From contig CAWHXG010000004.1 of assembly GCA_963833235.1 (NCBI GenBank), forward strand, positions 90,230 through 154,229: a stretch of 64,000 nucleotides of DNA, written 5' to 3'. The notes under the pieces were generated by a model. The model was not told the DNA's origin. It searched no databases and saw only the letters and a program-made list of their open reading frames with translations. The position numbers and the translations under genes were made by a program. This DNA comes from an uncultured Alphaproteobacteria bacterium. GTDB taxonomy: Bacteria > Pseudomonadota > Alphaproteobacteria > Rhodobacterales > Rhodobacteraceae. Every line of letters begins with the position of its first letter. Positions within the stretch are counted from its first letter, which is position 1. Shown piece after piece: positions 19,105-29,316 of the stretch.

Positions 19105-20400
19105 TCAGGCGTCGGCGGCCTCGGTCTTGTCGGCGATCCTTCGGCGCAGAAGGTCGATATGGACCCGTGCCGTGAAGGCGGCATCTCGGTAGGGCAGCGG
19201 CACGGAGAGGCTGGCGATCTCGCGATCCAGCCGCGCCAGGCGGGCCTTGATCTCGCCCAGCCGCTCGGGATCGCCGGTGGCGTAGACGGCATCCTCCAGT
19301 TCCCGCAGGGTGGCGTAGTGCAGGAACACCCGCCGCCGCATGCGCCATTGGTAGAGCCCGGGCAAGGTGCGCAGCAGCGGCAGAAGCAGGAAGACGATTG
19401 GCAGCAGCAGGATCGCGAAGCGGTTGACCTGAGCGACGACCCAGTAGGGCAGGAAGGATTGCAGCGGGCTCGGCCCGTCGGCCAGAAGGTCGCGGGCATA
19501 ACTGTCGGCGGGCAGGGCGGCGAACTCCATCGTAGGAAAATCGCCATCGTCGCTGATCGCGTCGCGGGGCCCGTGGATCTCGCGCGCCGCCTCGACAAGC
19601 CTGTCGACGAGCGACGGATGCAGACCCGGCTGGGCGCCCATCCGCGCGACGAGGGCCAGCATGTTCACGCTCTGCGCAGGGACGGGGGGCGCCAGCGAGA
19701 AGGCCCCCGAGGGCAGCGCGATGAGCGAGGATTGCGGCAGGCGGCGTGCCAGCGTCTCGATGTGGTCGAGCCGCAGCAGACTGGTCTGGTCGGAGGCGAA
19801 GAGCGGCAGCAGATAGGGCGCGCCGACCGGGGCCACGAAGATGGCCACGTCGGCCCGGCCGTCCAGCAGCGCCGCCGCCGCATCGCCACCGCCGAGGGGC
19901 AGGAACGTGTTGGCGCCGGGCGCGATGCCTGCGGCACCGGCGAAATCCATCATCGCCGCGCGCGTGCCACTGCCCTCTCCGCCCGCAGCGATCCGCAGGC
20001 CCCGCCATTGGCCGGCATTCGGGGGCACCACGCCGCCCGCCTGCACGAAGAAGAAGACCGGTTCCAGAAACAGCGAGCCAAGCGTCTCGATCGGACCGTC
20101 GGGGGTGATGCCGCCTTGCAGAAGCGCCACATCCGCCAGCCCCTCGCTCAACAGTCTGGCATTCTCGACCGAGCCGGCGGTGGTCAGCACCTCGACCGCG
20201 ATCCCGTCGCGCGCCAGGATCTCGGCGTAGCGCTGCGCGAGGGCGTTGTAGCCGCCGCCCTCGGCGCCCGACGCGAAGGTAAGCGACCGGGGCGGCAGCA
20301 AATCGCGGCTGAGCCACCAGAGGGCGGCGACCGCCGCGAGAAGGGCCAGCACGAAGAACAGGACGCGGACGATGGCGGCTCTCCCTGAGGGCGGGCCCAT
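19105..20400 (-). CDS. TAXI-family TRAP-type solute-binding protein homologue with C-terminal TM/coiled-coil extension
   Basis: ..[22 protein letters not shown]...[22 protein letters not shown].. matches TAXI SBP motifs, followed by a hydrophobic ..[16 protein letters not shown].. segment and a helical tail. Start MGPPSG (ATG 20398-20400); the rest of the 902-aa track ORF is antisense to rimK. Confidence 0.65.
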   Translation of the reverse strand: MGPPSGRAAIVRVLFFVLALLAAVAALWWLSRDLLPPRSLTFASGAEGGGYNALAQRYAEILARDGIAVEVLTTAGSVENARLLSEGLADVALLQGGITPDGPIETLGSLFLEPVFFFVQAGGVVPPNAGQWRGLRIAAGGEGSGTRAAMMDFAGAAGIAPGANTFLPLGGGDAAAALLDGRADVAIFVAPVGAPYLLPLFASDQTSLLRLDHIETLARRLPQSSLIALPSGAFSLAPPVPAQSVNMLALVARMGAQPGLHPSLVDRLVEAAREIHGPRDAISDDGDFPTMEFAALPADSYARDLLADGPSPLQSFLPYWVVAQVNRFAILLLPIVFLLLPLLRTLPGLYQWRMRRRVFLHYATLRELEDAVYATGDPERLGEIKARLARLDREIASLSVPLPYRDAAFTARVHIDLLRRRIADKTEAADA

Positions 20401-20538
20401 GCGGGCCTCGGGCAACGCTCTAAACGCTTCGGAGCCAAGGGGGCAAGGCGTTCGGCCGGTTGGGCGACCGGCCCGTGTCCCTCGCCATCCGCCGCGGAAT
20501 GTGCAGGATGGCACAAAACCGCAAGGAGAACGGACCGG

Positions 20539-21444
20539 ATGAAGATCGCAATGATGGCGCAGAACGCCAACCTCTACTCCCACAAGCGCATCAAGGAGGC
20601 CGCGGAGGCCAAGGGCCACACACTTGACATCATCAAGACGCTCGGCTGCTACATGAACATCGCGAGCCGGCGGCCGGACATCTACTACAACGGCGAGAAG
20701 CTGCCCCAGTATGACGCGGTGATCCCGCGCATCGGCGCCTCGGTCACATTCTACGGCCTCGCCGTTTTGCGGCAGTTCGAGATGCAGGGGGTCTATCCGC
20801 TGAACGAAAGCGTCGCCATCGGGCGTAGCCGCGACAAGCTGCGCTCCATGCAGCTGATGGCGCGCGACGGGATCGGCCTGCCGGTGACCACCTTCGCCCA
20901 TGACCCGAAGCAGACCGAGGAGGTGCTGAAGATCGCCGGCGGCGCGCCCACGGTCATCAAGCTGCTCGAAGGCACGCAGGGCATCGGGGTGGTGCTGGCC
21001 GACACCGACCGCAGCGCCAAGTCGGTGATCGAGGCGTTCCGGGGCGCCAACGTCAACATCATGGTGCAGGAATTCATCAAGGAGGCCGGCGGTACCGACA
21101 TCCGGGCGCTGGTGATCGGTGGCAAGGTGATCGCCGCGATGAAGCGCACAGGGGCGGAGGGGGAGTTCCGCTCCAACCTGCACCGTGGCGGATCGGCGGC
21201 GACGATCAAGATCAGCCCCGAGGAACGCTCCACCGCCATACGGGCGGCGAAGTCGATGGGCCTGAACGTCTGCGGCGTCGACATGCTGCGCGCCAATCAC
21301 GGCCCGGTGGTGATGGAGGTGAACTCTTCTCCCGGGCTGGAAGGCGTCGAGAAGGCGACCGGCATCGACGTGGCCGGCAAGATCATCGAGTACCTGGAAA
21401 GCCACGCCAAGCCCGGCAAGACCAAGACGCGCGGGGCCGGCTGA
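20539..21444 (+). CDS. rimK: RimK-family alpha-L-glutamate ligase (ATP-grasp)
   Basis: [27 protein letters not shown]...; ATP-grasp motifs ..[15 protein letters not shown].., ..[28 protein letters not shown].. Confidence 0.85.
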   Translation: MKIAMMAQNANLYSHKRIKEAAEAKGHTLDIIKTLGCYMNIASRRPDIYYNGEKLPQYDAVIPRIGASVTFYGLAVLRQFEMQGVYPLNESVAIGRSRDKLRSMQLMARDGIGLPVTTFAHDPKQTEEVLKIAGGAPTVIKLLEGTQGIGVVLADTDRSAKSVIEAFRGANVNIMVQEFIKEAGGTDIRALVIGGKVIAAMKRTGAEGEFRSNLHRGGSAATIKISPEERSTAIRAAKSMGLNVCGVDMLRANHGPVVMEVNSSPGLEGVEKATGIDVAGKIIEYLESHAKPGKTKTRGAG

Positions 21445-21487
21445 TGCGGGGCCGGCTGAAGCGGGGCGCCGCGGGGCGGGGCGGCTG

Positions 21488-22567
21488 ATGCCGGAGACGA
21501 AGGGCAAGCCGGCGGCCAAAGCAATGACAGGCCGGCCTTCCTTCCAGATCGGGCATCGCTCGGTCGCGGCGGGCGCGCGGCAGACGATCGAGCTGCCGGT
21601 GAGCGTGCTGTCGGACCACACGCCGATCACGCTTTCGGTGCACGTGGTGCATGGCCGCCGCCCGGGGCCGACGATGTTCGTGAGCGCCGCGATCCACGGC
21701 GACGAGGTGATCGGGGTAGAGATCGCGCGGCGGCTGATGAAGGCCGAGGCGCTCGACACGATGAAGGGCACGCTGATGATCGCGCCCATCGTCAACACGT
21801 TCGGGTTCCTCAACCATTCGCGCTACCTGCCCGACCGGCGCGACCTCAACCGCTCTTTCCCCGGCAGCCCGCGCGGCTCGCTGGCCTCGCGTCTGGCGGA
21901 CCTCTTCATGACCGAGATCGTCAAGCGTTCGGATCTGGGGATCGACCTGCATTCCGCTGCGATCCACCGCACCAACCTGCCGCAGATCCGCGTCTCGCCC
22001 TCCAAGGAGGCGACCGTGGCGCTGGCCGACGCCTTCGGCGCGCCGTTGGTGCTGACCGCTCCCCTGCGCGACGGCAGCCTGCGGATGGCGGCGCAGAAGG
22101 AAGGCGTGGACATGCTGCTCTACGAGGCGGGGGAGGGCCTGCGGTTCGATGAGATGGCGGTGCGCGCCGGGGTCTCCGGCTGCCTGCGGGTGATGCGGGA
22201 GCTGGGGATGGTGACCGGCAAGGGCACCGCGCGCCGGTCCGCAGCACCCATGCACGCGACGTCGAGCCACTGGGTGCGCTCGCCGGCCGGGGGGCTCCTG
22301 CGGGCGTTCATGGGCACGGGCGCAATGGCGGCGAAGGGCGACGTGCTGGGCATCGTCTCGGACCCGTTCGGCGAGGTGGAGCGCGAGGTGACGGCACCGG
22401 GGCCGGGGCTGGTGATCGGGCGGACGAACCTGCCCATCGTCAACGAGGGCGACGGGCTGTTTCATCTGGCGACTTTGGCGCGGCCGAAGGGGGCGGAGGA
22501 CGCGATCGAGACGCTGGAGGATCAGCTGGCGGCGGATCCGTTGTTCGATGAGGATGAGATTATTTGA
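21488..22567 (+). CDS. Succinylglutamate desuccinylase/aspartoacylase (AstE/AspA) family zinc hydrolase; RimK-associated type
   Basis: ..FVSAAIHGDEVIGVEIARRL.. (zinc-binding HxxE region), ..DLNRSFPG.., ..DLHSAAIHRTNLPQIRV..; 43 bp downstream of rimK. Confidence 0.8.
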   Translation: MPETKGKPAAKAMTGRPSFQIGHRSVAAGARQTIELPVSVLSDHTPITLSVHVVHGRRPGPTMFVSAAIHGDEVIGVEIARRLMKAEALDTMKGTLMIAPIVNTFGFLNHSRYLPDRRDLNRSFPGSPRGSLASRLADLFMTEIVKRSDLGIDLHSAAIHRTNLPQIRVSPSKEATVALADAFGAPLVLTAPLRDGSLRMAAQKEGVDMLLYEAGEGLRFDEMAVRAGVSGCLRVMRELGMVTGKGTARRSAAPMHATSSHWVRSPAGGLLRAFMGTGAMAAKGDVLGIVSDPFGEVEREVTAPGPGLVIGRTNLPIVNEGDGLFHLATLARPKGAEDAIETLEDQLAADPLFDEDEII

Positions 22568-23514
22568 AAATGCGTGTGGCGCAGTCAAGTAACAAGCCGG
22601 GAACTTTACCCCCAATCAGCGAATCAAAGTAGCGACCTTTGGCTTCGCCATTTAAGGGTACATCGGGGCGAATCTAAACCTGCAAAAATAACGCTCTATA
22701 AGAGAGAGGAAGACCTTTTCGATGAACTGGTCAACGGCAAAAGTTATATTTATAGAATACATTAGTGACAGCTTTTCGTACATCATTGTTTTGGCTTTGG
22801 AGTGGCAAACGCTTATAGCAGGTTTGATTGCGCTCGTTGCCGCAATGTGGACGATAAGAACTATGCGGCGACAAGCGTTGGACGAGGACGGCCGTCATAA
22901 AGACCTCATGCGTCGTAAGAAAATGGCGGCCCGAGCGCGGATGCCGGATGCCCTAAGTGAAGTTTCCAGGTACGTCAAAGAAATGGGGTGCCATCTATTA
23001 CTTGCTGGTTCCGAAGGCGCTATAGGGAAGAAGCCAAGCCCTCCAATTGCAGGCATAAATTCATTGCAACAGGTAATTGAGCATATCGACAATGAAGCCG
23101 CAGAAAGAACTTTCGAATTAGTTTCGTGGTATCAGGTGCAGAGAACGCGGACCGCTGACGGAATTGACCCTCTATTGGCGGTTCAACCGATTTACGACCT
23201 CGTTTTACTTCAAGCTTATGTCAATAGCCTGTTCGACTATGCGAGAAACGAGGACTCCGCTGAGCCAATCACCATGCTATCAATCCCCGAGATGTTTAAC
23301 GCGATACAGACGGCATTCTTGCTGCCAAGACAACACCAGAATCCAGAGATATTCAATAAACTGAAGGAAAAAATAGATCGCGATCATTCACGTTAAGGAG
23401 TTCGAGGCCTTTAATCGTAAAGCTATCGGTATTGTATTTGTAAGTCGTCGATGGGCGCGGATCTGTTTTTTGAACGGGCGAAACAGAATTTCCTGTCTCG
23501 CTACGTTTGATGCT
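22568..23514. other. Low-GC (~30-45%) genomic islet of ~950 bp between convergent gene ends, against a ~68% GC background
   Basis: Abrupt compositional shift visible by eye (e.g. aagttatatttatagaatacattagtgacagcttttcgtacatcattgttttgg). It is bounded exactly by the stop of the AstE-like gene (22567) and the stop of the M42 peptidase gene (23515). Confidence 0.75.
22722..23396 (+). CDS. Orphan hypothetical protein (224 aa) with N-terminal TM helix; no recognisable domain
   Basis: MNWSTAKVIFIEYISDSFSYIIVLALEWQTLIAGLIALVAAMWTIRTMRRQALDEDG...; AT-rich codon usage foreign to this genome; GAGGAAGA RBS ~8 nt upstream of the ATG. Confidence 0.6.
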   Translation: MNWSTAKVIFIEYISDSFSYIIVLALEWQTLIAGLIALVAAMWTIRTMRRQALDEDGRHKDLMRRKKMAARARMPDALSEVSRYVKEMGCHLLLAGSEGAIGKKPSPPIAGINSLQQVIEHIDNEAAERTFELVSWYQVQRTRTADGIDPLLAVQPIYDLVLLQAYVNSLFDYARNEDSAEPITMLSIPEMFNAIQTAFLLPRQHQNPEIFNKLKEKIDRDHSR

Positions 23515-24553
23515 TCAAACCCCCCGCAAATAAGCCGCCAGCACATCCCGCGCCGCCGCCAGGTCTCCCTTGTCGGCCATCTCCGTCACCGTGTGGATGT
23601 ACCGCGTGCCCACCACGATCCCCACGGCCCGGGCGCCCGCCGCCGCCTGCTGGGCCGCGGCGCCGTCCTGGCCTCCGGCGCGGAGCATGGTGCGCTGGTA
23701 GGGGATGCCCTCGCGCTCGGCCAGGGCCGCGAATTCGGCCACCAGCGCGCGGTCGGCGATGAAGCTGCTGTCGCGCACGTGCAGGCCGAACCCCTTGCCC
23801 TGTTCGGTCGTGCGGTCCTGCTCCGGCACGCCGGGGGTGTCGCAGGCGAGCGTCGTGTCGATGCCGATGCCGATGTCGGGCCTCACCGCGAAGGCCGCCG
23901 TGCGGGCGCCGCGCAGGCCCACCTCCTCCTGCGCGGTGAAGGCCACGTGCACCTCCGCCGGGCCGCGGTGGTCGCCGAGCGCGCGGATCGCCTCGATCCC
24001 CAGCCAGCAGGCGATGCGGTTGTCCATCGCCTTGCTCACCAGCTTGCCGCCCATCTCCATGAACGGCGCATCGAGGACCACCATGTCGCCCACCTGCACA
24101 TGATCCTTCGCCTCCGCTCCCATGCCGATGTCGATGACGAACTCGTGCACCTCGGGGATCTTCTTGCGGTCCTCGGGGCTGGAGATGTGGATCGGGCGGC
24201 CGGCCGGGGTTCATGACGCCCGGCAGGTCGCCGCCCTCGGTGCAGACCAGCACGCGGCGCGAGAAGAGGTTGCGCGCGTCGAAGCCGCCGACGGCCTGGA
24301 CGTGGATGAAGCCCTTGTCTGTGATGTGACTGACAAGAAAGCCGATCTCGTCCATGTGGCAAAGCAGCATGACCTTCAACGGGGTCTCGACCGAACCGTC
24401 GCCGTCGCGGCGACAAAGGAGCGAGCCCATCGGGTCGGTGCGCACCTCGTCGAAGAGCCCCTCGATCTCGGCTTCGATCAGCGCGCGGACGCGGTGCTCG
24501 TGCCCGGGCACGCCTGGGGTTTCGCAAAGGCGGCGCAGCAGGTCGATGTTCAT
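23515..24553 (-). pseudogene. M42-family metallo-aminopeptidase (FrvX/YsdC-like) interrupted by a +1 frameshift near 24195
   Basis: N-terminal part (MNIDLLRRLCETPGVPGHEH...LLCHMDEIGFLVSH...GDLPGVM) lies in the 23501..24721 frame; the C-terminal part (..IHISSPEDRKKIPEVHEFVIDIGMGAE...) is in the 23515..24150 frame. Removing one C in ..ccggccgcccgat.. restores the consensus GVMNPGRPPIHIS. Confidence 0.75.
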
Positions 24554-24659
24554 GAGCGGTCCTTCGGAGGCTTCGGCCGGGAGGTGCCGAGCAATGGATT
24601 GGGGCACGGGCCGATCCTGTGGCTTCCCCGCGGCGGCCGCAAGATGACGTAGGCGGGCT

Positions 24660-26546
24660 TCAGCCGGTGTCGGCCATTTCCTCTTCCGGCGCGGCGGGCC
24701 GGCTCTTCGCCTCGGACGCATCGCCTGGCGGAAGCATTGCGATCAGCACGGTTCCGGCCTTGGCGTCGATCTCGACGTCCGGTCCGACGAGGCGCAGCTC
24801 GTCGGCGACGAGCTCCGCCGCGACGATGGCGTTCGGGCGCTTGTCGCGCCAGTCCTCGATCCCGTACTCCTTGGTCAGGGGGGTCGCCGAGAAGCGCCAG
24901 CCGTCCTGTACCCGCCCGTTCAGGTCGGCCAGCGAGGCTCCGTCCATGAAAGCGCGACCTCCGAGGGTCGGGGGCAGTTCGTGGCGTTTGCCAGCCGGCG
25001 CGTAGCGTGCGACCTGGAACACGTTGTCGCGTCCGTATTCCGGCCCCAGATTGGTGGCGACCAGGGTGTTGTAGGCATCGTTGTCGGTTGCGGCGATGAC
25101 CGTCTCGAAGTTCACCAGCTCGACGCTGTGCTCGGCCGCCTCCGAGAGGATATCGCCATAGAAGCTGGGCAGATTCGCGTCGCGCACCTGTCGCAGGCGC
25201 CAGCGTTCGGGATCGGTGATCAGCACCGGCACCTCGGCGCGCTGCAGCGTTTCGGCGAGGGCGATGGAGAAGGGCGAGGCGCCCACGAGGATGACCCCCG
25301 TCGTCTCGCCCCCCGAAAGCCCCAGGCGCCGCGCCACGCGGCCCAGGGTGAAGCCATGCAGCACCACCGTCGCCATCACCAGAACGAAGGCCAGCGGTGC
25401 GATCAGGGCGCCGTCGGCCACGCCGACCTGCACGAGGCGCTCGCCGAAGAAGCCGGCCACCGCTACGAGAACCACGCCGCGCGGCCCGGTGAACGCCACC
25501 AGCGCCTGTTCCTTTATGGGCAGCCTGGTAGTCGCCAAGGCGCCGAAGACCGTGAGCGGCCGGGCGATCAGCACGATCAGCAGCACCAGCAGCACCGCCC
25601 TCCAGGTGAGCTGCGCCATCATCGCCAGATCGAGCGAGGCGGCCAGCAGGATGAACACGCCGGAGACCAGAAGGACGGTCGCATGCTCCTTGAAGCGCCG
25701 CAGCTCGACGAGGGAGGGCAGGTTGGAGTTGGCGATGACGATGCCCATGATCGTGACCGCGAGCAGCCCGCTCTCGTGCAGGACCTTGTCGGCGAGGGCG
25801 AAGACGAGAAGCAGGCTGGCGAAGAGGACCGAGACCTTCATGTATTCGGGCACCCAGCCCTTCTTGAAGGCCCGCGCAAGGCCGAAGCCGGCGGCGAGGC
25901 CGAGGCCGATGGCGATGGCGATGCCGATGGCCAGCTCCTGCACCGCCTCGCCCGCCGTCGTCGAGGCGCGCAGGACCAGCACGACCTCGAAGGCCAGGAC
26001 CCCGGCCAGCGCGCCGATCGGGTCGTTGACGATCGCCTCCCATTGCAGGAGCTTTGCGGGGCGGCTTGTGAGCCGCGCCTGCCGCAAGAGGGGCGCGATC
26101 ACGGTAGGGCCGGTGACGATCAGGATGCCGCCGAAGACGGCGGAGCTCTCCCAGCTCAGCCCGGCCCCGTAATGCGCCGCCAGGGTCGACAGGAACCAGC
26201 CCAGTGGCGCACCAATGATCACCAGGCGCCGCACCCCCGTCGCGGCATCGCGCAGGCCTGCGAAATTGAGGGTCAGGCCACCCTCGAAAAGGATCACGGC
26301 CACGGCGATGGCAATGATCGAGGTCGTCAGCGAACCGAGGTCGCGGGCGGGGTCGAATAGGCCCGTGATCGGCCCCACGATGAGCCCCGCCGCCAGCATG
26401 AAGACGATGGCCGGCATCCGCAGGCGCCAGGCGATCCACTGCGACCCGACCCCGAGCGCACCGACGAGGGCGATGGCCATGATCGGGCCGATCCCGCTGA
26501 GAAGCCCGGGCGCCATTTCGATGACGACGGTATCGCCGTGTTCCAT
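24660..26546 (-). CDS. Na+/H+ (cation:proton) antiporter, CPA1/NhaP-type, with C-terminal cytoplasmic regulatory domain
   Basis: 12-13 TM N-terminal domain (..FEGGLTLNFAGL.., ..TGPTVIAPLL..) plus a ~200-aa soluble C-terminus. ATG start MEHGDTVV at 26544-26546; the longer track ORF begins with TTG. Confidence 0.85.
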   Translation of the reverse strand: MEHGDTVVIEMAPGLLSGIGPIMAIALVGALGVGSQWIAWRLRMPAIVFMLAAGLIVGPITGLFDPARDLGSLTTSIIAIAVAVILFEGGLTLNFAGLRDAATGVRRLVIIGAPLGWFLSTLAAHYGAGLSWESSAVFGGILIVTGPTVIAPLLRQARLTSRPAKLLQWEAIVNDPIGALAGVLAFEVVLVLRASTTAGEAVQELAIGIAIAIGLGLAAGFGLARAFKKGWVPEYMKVSVLFASLLLVFALADKVLHESGLLAVTIMGIVIANSNLPSLVELRRFKEHATVLLVSGVFILLAASLDLAMMAQLTWRAVLLVLLIVLIARPLTVFGALATTRLPIKEQALVAFTGPRGVVLVAVAGFFGERLVQVGVADGALIAPLAFVLVMATVVLHGFTLGRVARRLGLSGGETTGVILVGASPFSIALAETLQRAEVPVLITDPERWRLRQVRDANLPSFYGDILSEAAEHSVELVNFETVIAATDNDAYNTLVATNLGPEYGRDNVFQVARYAPAGKRHELPPTLGGRAFMDGASLADLNGRVQDGWRFSATPLTKEYGIEDWRDKRPNAIVAAELVADELRLVGPDVEIDAKAGTVLIAMLPPGDASEAKSRPAAPEEEMADTG

Positions 26547-26719
26547 GTGTAGGGTACCTGCATCCTGGCCGATCTCGGCGTTCCAAGCGTCCAACGTAGC
26601 CTGAAACTGCGGGGCGACGAAAGGCAGTGCGAACCGGGCAGTCCTTGGGGGTTTCGCCCTCCGGCGGGGCTGGCTAGAAGAAGCGCCGGGGCCAGGCCGG
26701 CCCAGGGGGAGGGCCGCAT

Positions 26720-28012
26720 ATGGCCAATGTCGTCGTCGTCGGTGCGCAATGGGGCGACGAGGGGAAGGGCAAGATCGTCGACTGGCTGAGCGAGCGGGCC
26801 GACGTGATCGCGCGCTTCCAGGGCGGCCACAATGCCGGGCACACGCTGGTGATCGACGGTACCGTCTACAAGCTGTCGCTTCTGCCTTCGGGCATCCTGC
26901 GGCCGGGCAAGATGGCGGTCATTGGCAACGGCGTCGTGCTGGACCCCTGGGCGCTGATCGACGAGATCGCGCGGATCGGGGCGCAGGGCGTCGCGATCTC
27001 GACCGAGAACCTCGCGATAGCCGAGAACGTGCCGCTGATCCTGCCATTGCATCAAGATCTCGACCGGATGCGCGAGGCGGCGGCGGGACGCGCGAAGATC
27101 GGCACCACGGGGCGCGGGATCGGGCCGGCCTACGAGGACAAGGTCGGTCGCCGGGCGGTGCGCCTGGCCGATCTGGCGGATCCCGAGACGCTGGAGACCC
27201 GGCTGGACCGGCTGCTCGCGCATCACGATGCGCTGCGTCGGGGCCTGGACGCCACGCCGGTTGATCGCGCCGCCTTGACCGCGCAGCTGCGTGAGATAGC
27301 GCCGAAGGTGTTGCCCTATGCCGCGCCGGTCTGGAAGCAGCTTGCGGAGGCGCGCCGCGCCGGTCGGCGGATCCTTTTCGAGGGTGCGCAGGGGGCGCTG
27401 CTGGATATTGATTTCGGCACCTATCCCTACGTCACGTCGTCCAATACCCTTGCCGGTATGGCGGCCACGGGCACCGGCATGGGGCCGGGGGCGGTGGGCT
27501 TCGTGCTGGGGATCGTCAAGGCCTACACCACCCGCGTGGGAGAGGGGCCGTTTCCGACCGAGCTCGACGACGCGGTGGGCCGGCATCTTGCCAGCGTCGG
27601 CCGCGAGAAGGGCACCGTGACCGGCCGCGACCGCCGCTGCGGCTGGTTCGACGCGGCGCTGGTGCGACAGACCTGCATGACGAGCGGGGTGCGGGGGATC
27701 GCCCTCACCAAGCTAGACGTGCTCGACGGGCTGGAGAGCCTGCAGATCTGTACCGGCTACACGCTCGACGGCGCACCTTGCGATTACCTGCCCATCGCGG
27801 CCGAGGCGCAGCGGCGGGTGCGCCCGGTCTACGAGACGCTGCCGGGCTGGTCTGGCAGCACCGCAGGAGCACGATCCTGGGCCGATCTGCCGGCGGAGGC
27901 TGTGAAGTACGTGCGCCGCATCGAGGAGCTGATCGGATGCCCGGTGGCCATGCTCTCGACCTCGCCGGAGCGAGAAGACACGATCCTGGTGACCGACCCT
28001 TTTTCGGATTGA
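26720..28012 (+). CDS. purA: Adenylosuccinate synthase
   Basis: [24 protein letters not shown]...[14 protein letters not shown]... Confidence 0.95.
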   Translation: MANVVVVGAQWGDEGKGKIVDWLSERADVIARFQGGHNAGHTLVIDGTVYKLSLLPSGILRPGKMAVIGNGVVLDPWALIDEIARIGAQGVAISTENLAIAENVPLILPLHQDLDRMREAAAGRAKIGTTGRGIGPAYEDKVGRRAVRLADLADPETLETRLDRLLAHHDALRRGLDATPVDRAALTAQLREIAPKVLPYAAPVWKQLAEARRAGRRILFEGAQGALLDIDFGTYPYVTSSNTLAGMAATGTGMGPGAVGFVLGIVKAYTTRVGEGPFPTELDDAVGRHLASVGREKGTVTGRDRRCGWFDAALVRQTCMTSGVRGIALTKLDVLDGLESLQICTGYTLDGAPCDYLPIAAEAQRRVRPVYETLPGWSGSTAGARSWADLPAEAVKYVRRIEELIGCPVAMLSTSPEREDTILVTDPFSD

Positions 28013-28246
28013 CCGTGGCGCCGGGATATCTTGCCTCCGGCGGGGATATTTTCGGAATATCGAATAGGCTGAGCGGCGAGCGGGGCGGAGATGGCGACTT
28101 TCCGGTGGATCGCTGCGGATTGCTCGATTTGCCTTGCGAGCGGGAAGGGCGAAAAGCAAGGGGCTGCGGCCCTCTTGCCATTGGATCGCCGATGCGCCGG
28201 GGCTAGGTTCGCCCGGGCTGGACGCGAGGAACGAAGGAGCGTTGCG

Positions 28247-28495
28247 ATGGCCCTGCCCTACAAAGCCCGGAGGCGCTGGTCGCTGGTGATCCTGCTGGTC
28301 GGCATGCCGCTCTACATCGTGGTCGCCGTGACGGTGCTGAACCTGCTCGGGCGGCCGCCGATCCTGGTGGAGCTGCTCGTCTATGTCGTGCTGGGCATCT
28401 TGTGGGCGCTGCCGTTCCGCTCGGTCTTCCGGGGTATCGGCCGGCCAGATCCGGATGCCGCCCCACTGGAGGCGCCGCGCGGCCGCGGTGACTGA
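28247..28495 (+). CDS. Small two-TM membrane protein (DUF2842-like), downstream of purA
   Basis: MALPYKARRRWSLVILLVGMPLYIVVAVTVLNLLG...LLVYVVLGILWALPFRSVF.; the start is an internal Met of track ORF 28091..28495. Confidence 0.55.
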   Translation: MALPYKARRRWSLVILLVGMPLYIVVAVTVLNLLGRPPILVELLVYVVLGILWALPFRSVFRGIGRPDPDAAPLEAPRGRGD

Positions 28496-29165
28496 CCGGA
28501 TCGTCGCCGCCGACAGTGCCGTGACGCTTGTGGGTGGCGGGCCGGTTTCTGTGGCGGATCTGCACGAGGCGCTTCGACTGGCGCCGCAACTTGTGGCGGC
28601 CGATGGCGGCGCTGCCGCCTGCCTGGCAGCGGGCGCCGTACCAGAGGCCGTTATCGGCGACATGGACAGCCTCGACCTCGCGGCCCGCGCCCGGCTGCCC
28701 GCCGCGGCGCTGCACCCGATCCCCGAGCAGGACAGCACGGATTTCGAGAAGTGCCTGACCCGGATCGAGGCTCCGCTAATTATTGCCCTCGGCTTCGGCG
28801 GCGGATTGCTGGACCATACCCTCGCGGTTCTGAACGCCATGGCGCGCCATCCCGCCCGGCGCTGCGTTCTTATGAACCCCCGCGATGCCGTGTGCCTCGT
28901 TCCGCCGCGTCTGGAGGTCGATCTGCCGGCGGGGACGCGGGTCTCGCTCTTTCCCATGGCGCCGGCGGCCGGGACAAGCGAGGGGCTGCACTGGCCCATC
29001 GACGGGATCGATTTCGCGCCGGATGGCCGCAGCGGCACGTCGAACCGCGCCACCGGCCCCGTCGAGCTGACGACCCGGGCGCCCGGCCTGCTGCTGATAT
29101 TGCCGCGGAATGCCGGCGACGCGTTGCTCTGCGCGCTGGCCACGGCGCCGGGCTGGGGCACCTGA
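28488..29165 (+). CDS. Thiamine diphosphokinase (thiamine pyrophosphokinase)
   Basis: ..RIVAADSAVTLVGGGPVS...VIGDMDSL...DSTDFEKCL.. (TPK catalytic domain). Likely GTG start overlapping the upstream stop (GTGACTGA); an alternative ATG lies at 28455. Confidence 0.7.
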   Translation: MTDRIVAADSAVTLVGGGPVSVADLHEALRLAPQLVAADGGAAACLAAGAVPEAVIGDMDSLDLAARARLPAAALHPIPEQDSTDFEKCLTRIEAPLIIALGFGGGLLDHTLAVLNAMARHPARRCVLMNPRDAVCLVPPRLEVDLPAGTRVSLFPMAPAAGTSEGLHWPIDGIDFAPDGRSGTSNRATGPVELTTRAPGLLLILPRNAGDALLCALATAPGWGT

Positions 29166-29316
29166 CCGCCGGCCCGACGACGACTTCTCGTCAAATTTGG
29201 GGGTCGCGGCGATGCGTCGGGCTGCCTATACCCCGCCGGAGGAAGAGTGCCCCGACCGGGGCGCTCGCAATCCTGCCGGACCCACCCCCGACGCGACCGC
29301 CTTGAGGAGCCGCGCA

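Noticed and set aside
17627-20317. 896-aa -strand ORF
   Set aside because: Runs across secG, the 18175..19035 membrane protein and the TAXI-like gene in a different frame; an Arg/Pro/Gly-rich artefact
20401-21813. N-terminal 470 codons of the 902-aa -strand ORF 19105..21813
   Set aside because: Antisense to rimK (20539..21444); the real gene on this strand starts at the MGPPSG methionine (20400)
22574-23364. Short ORFs inside the low-GC islet (22574..22765 +, 22895..23092 -, 23164..23364 +)
   Set aside because: All overlap, or are antisense to, the 224-aa main ORF; only the main ORF has an RBS and a coherent TM-plus-helical-domain translation
24550-26586. 678-aa -strand ORF overlapping the antiporter gene, and 24981..26360 +strand ORF
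   Set aside because: Alternative frame of or antisense to the CPA1 antiporter (24660..26546), which has a convincing 12-TM translation
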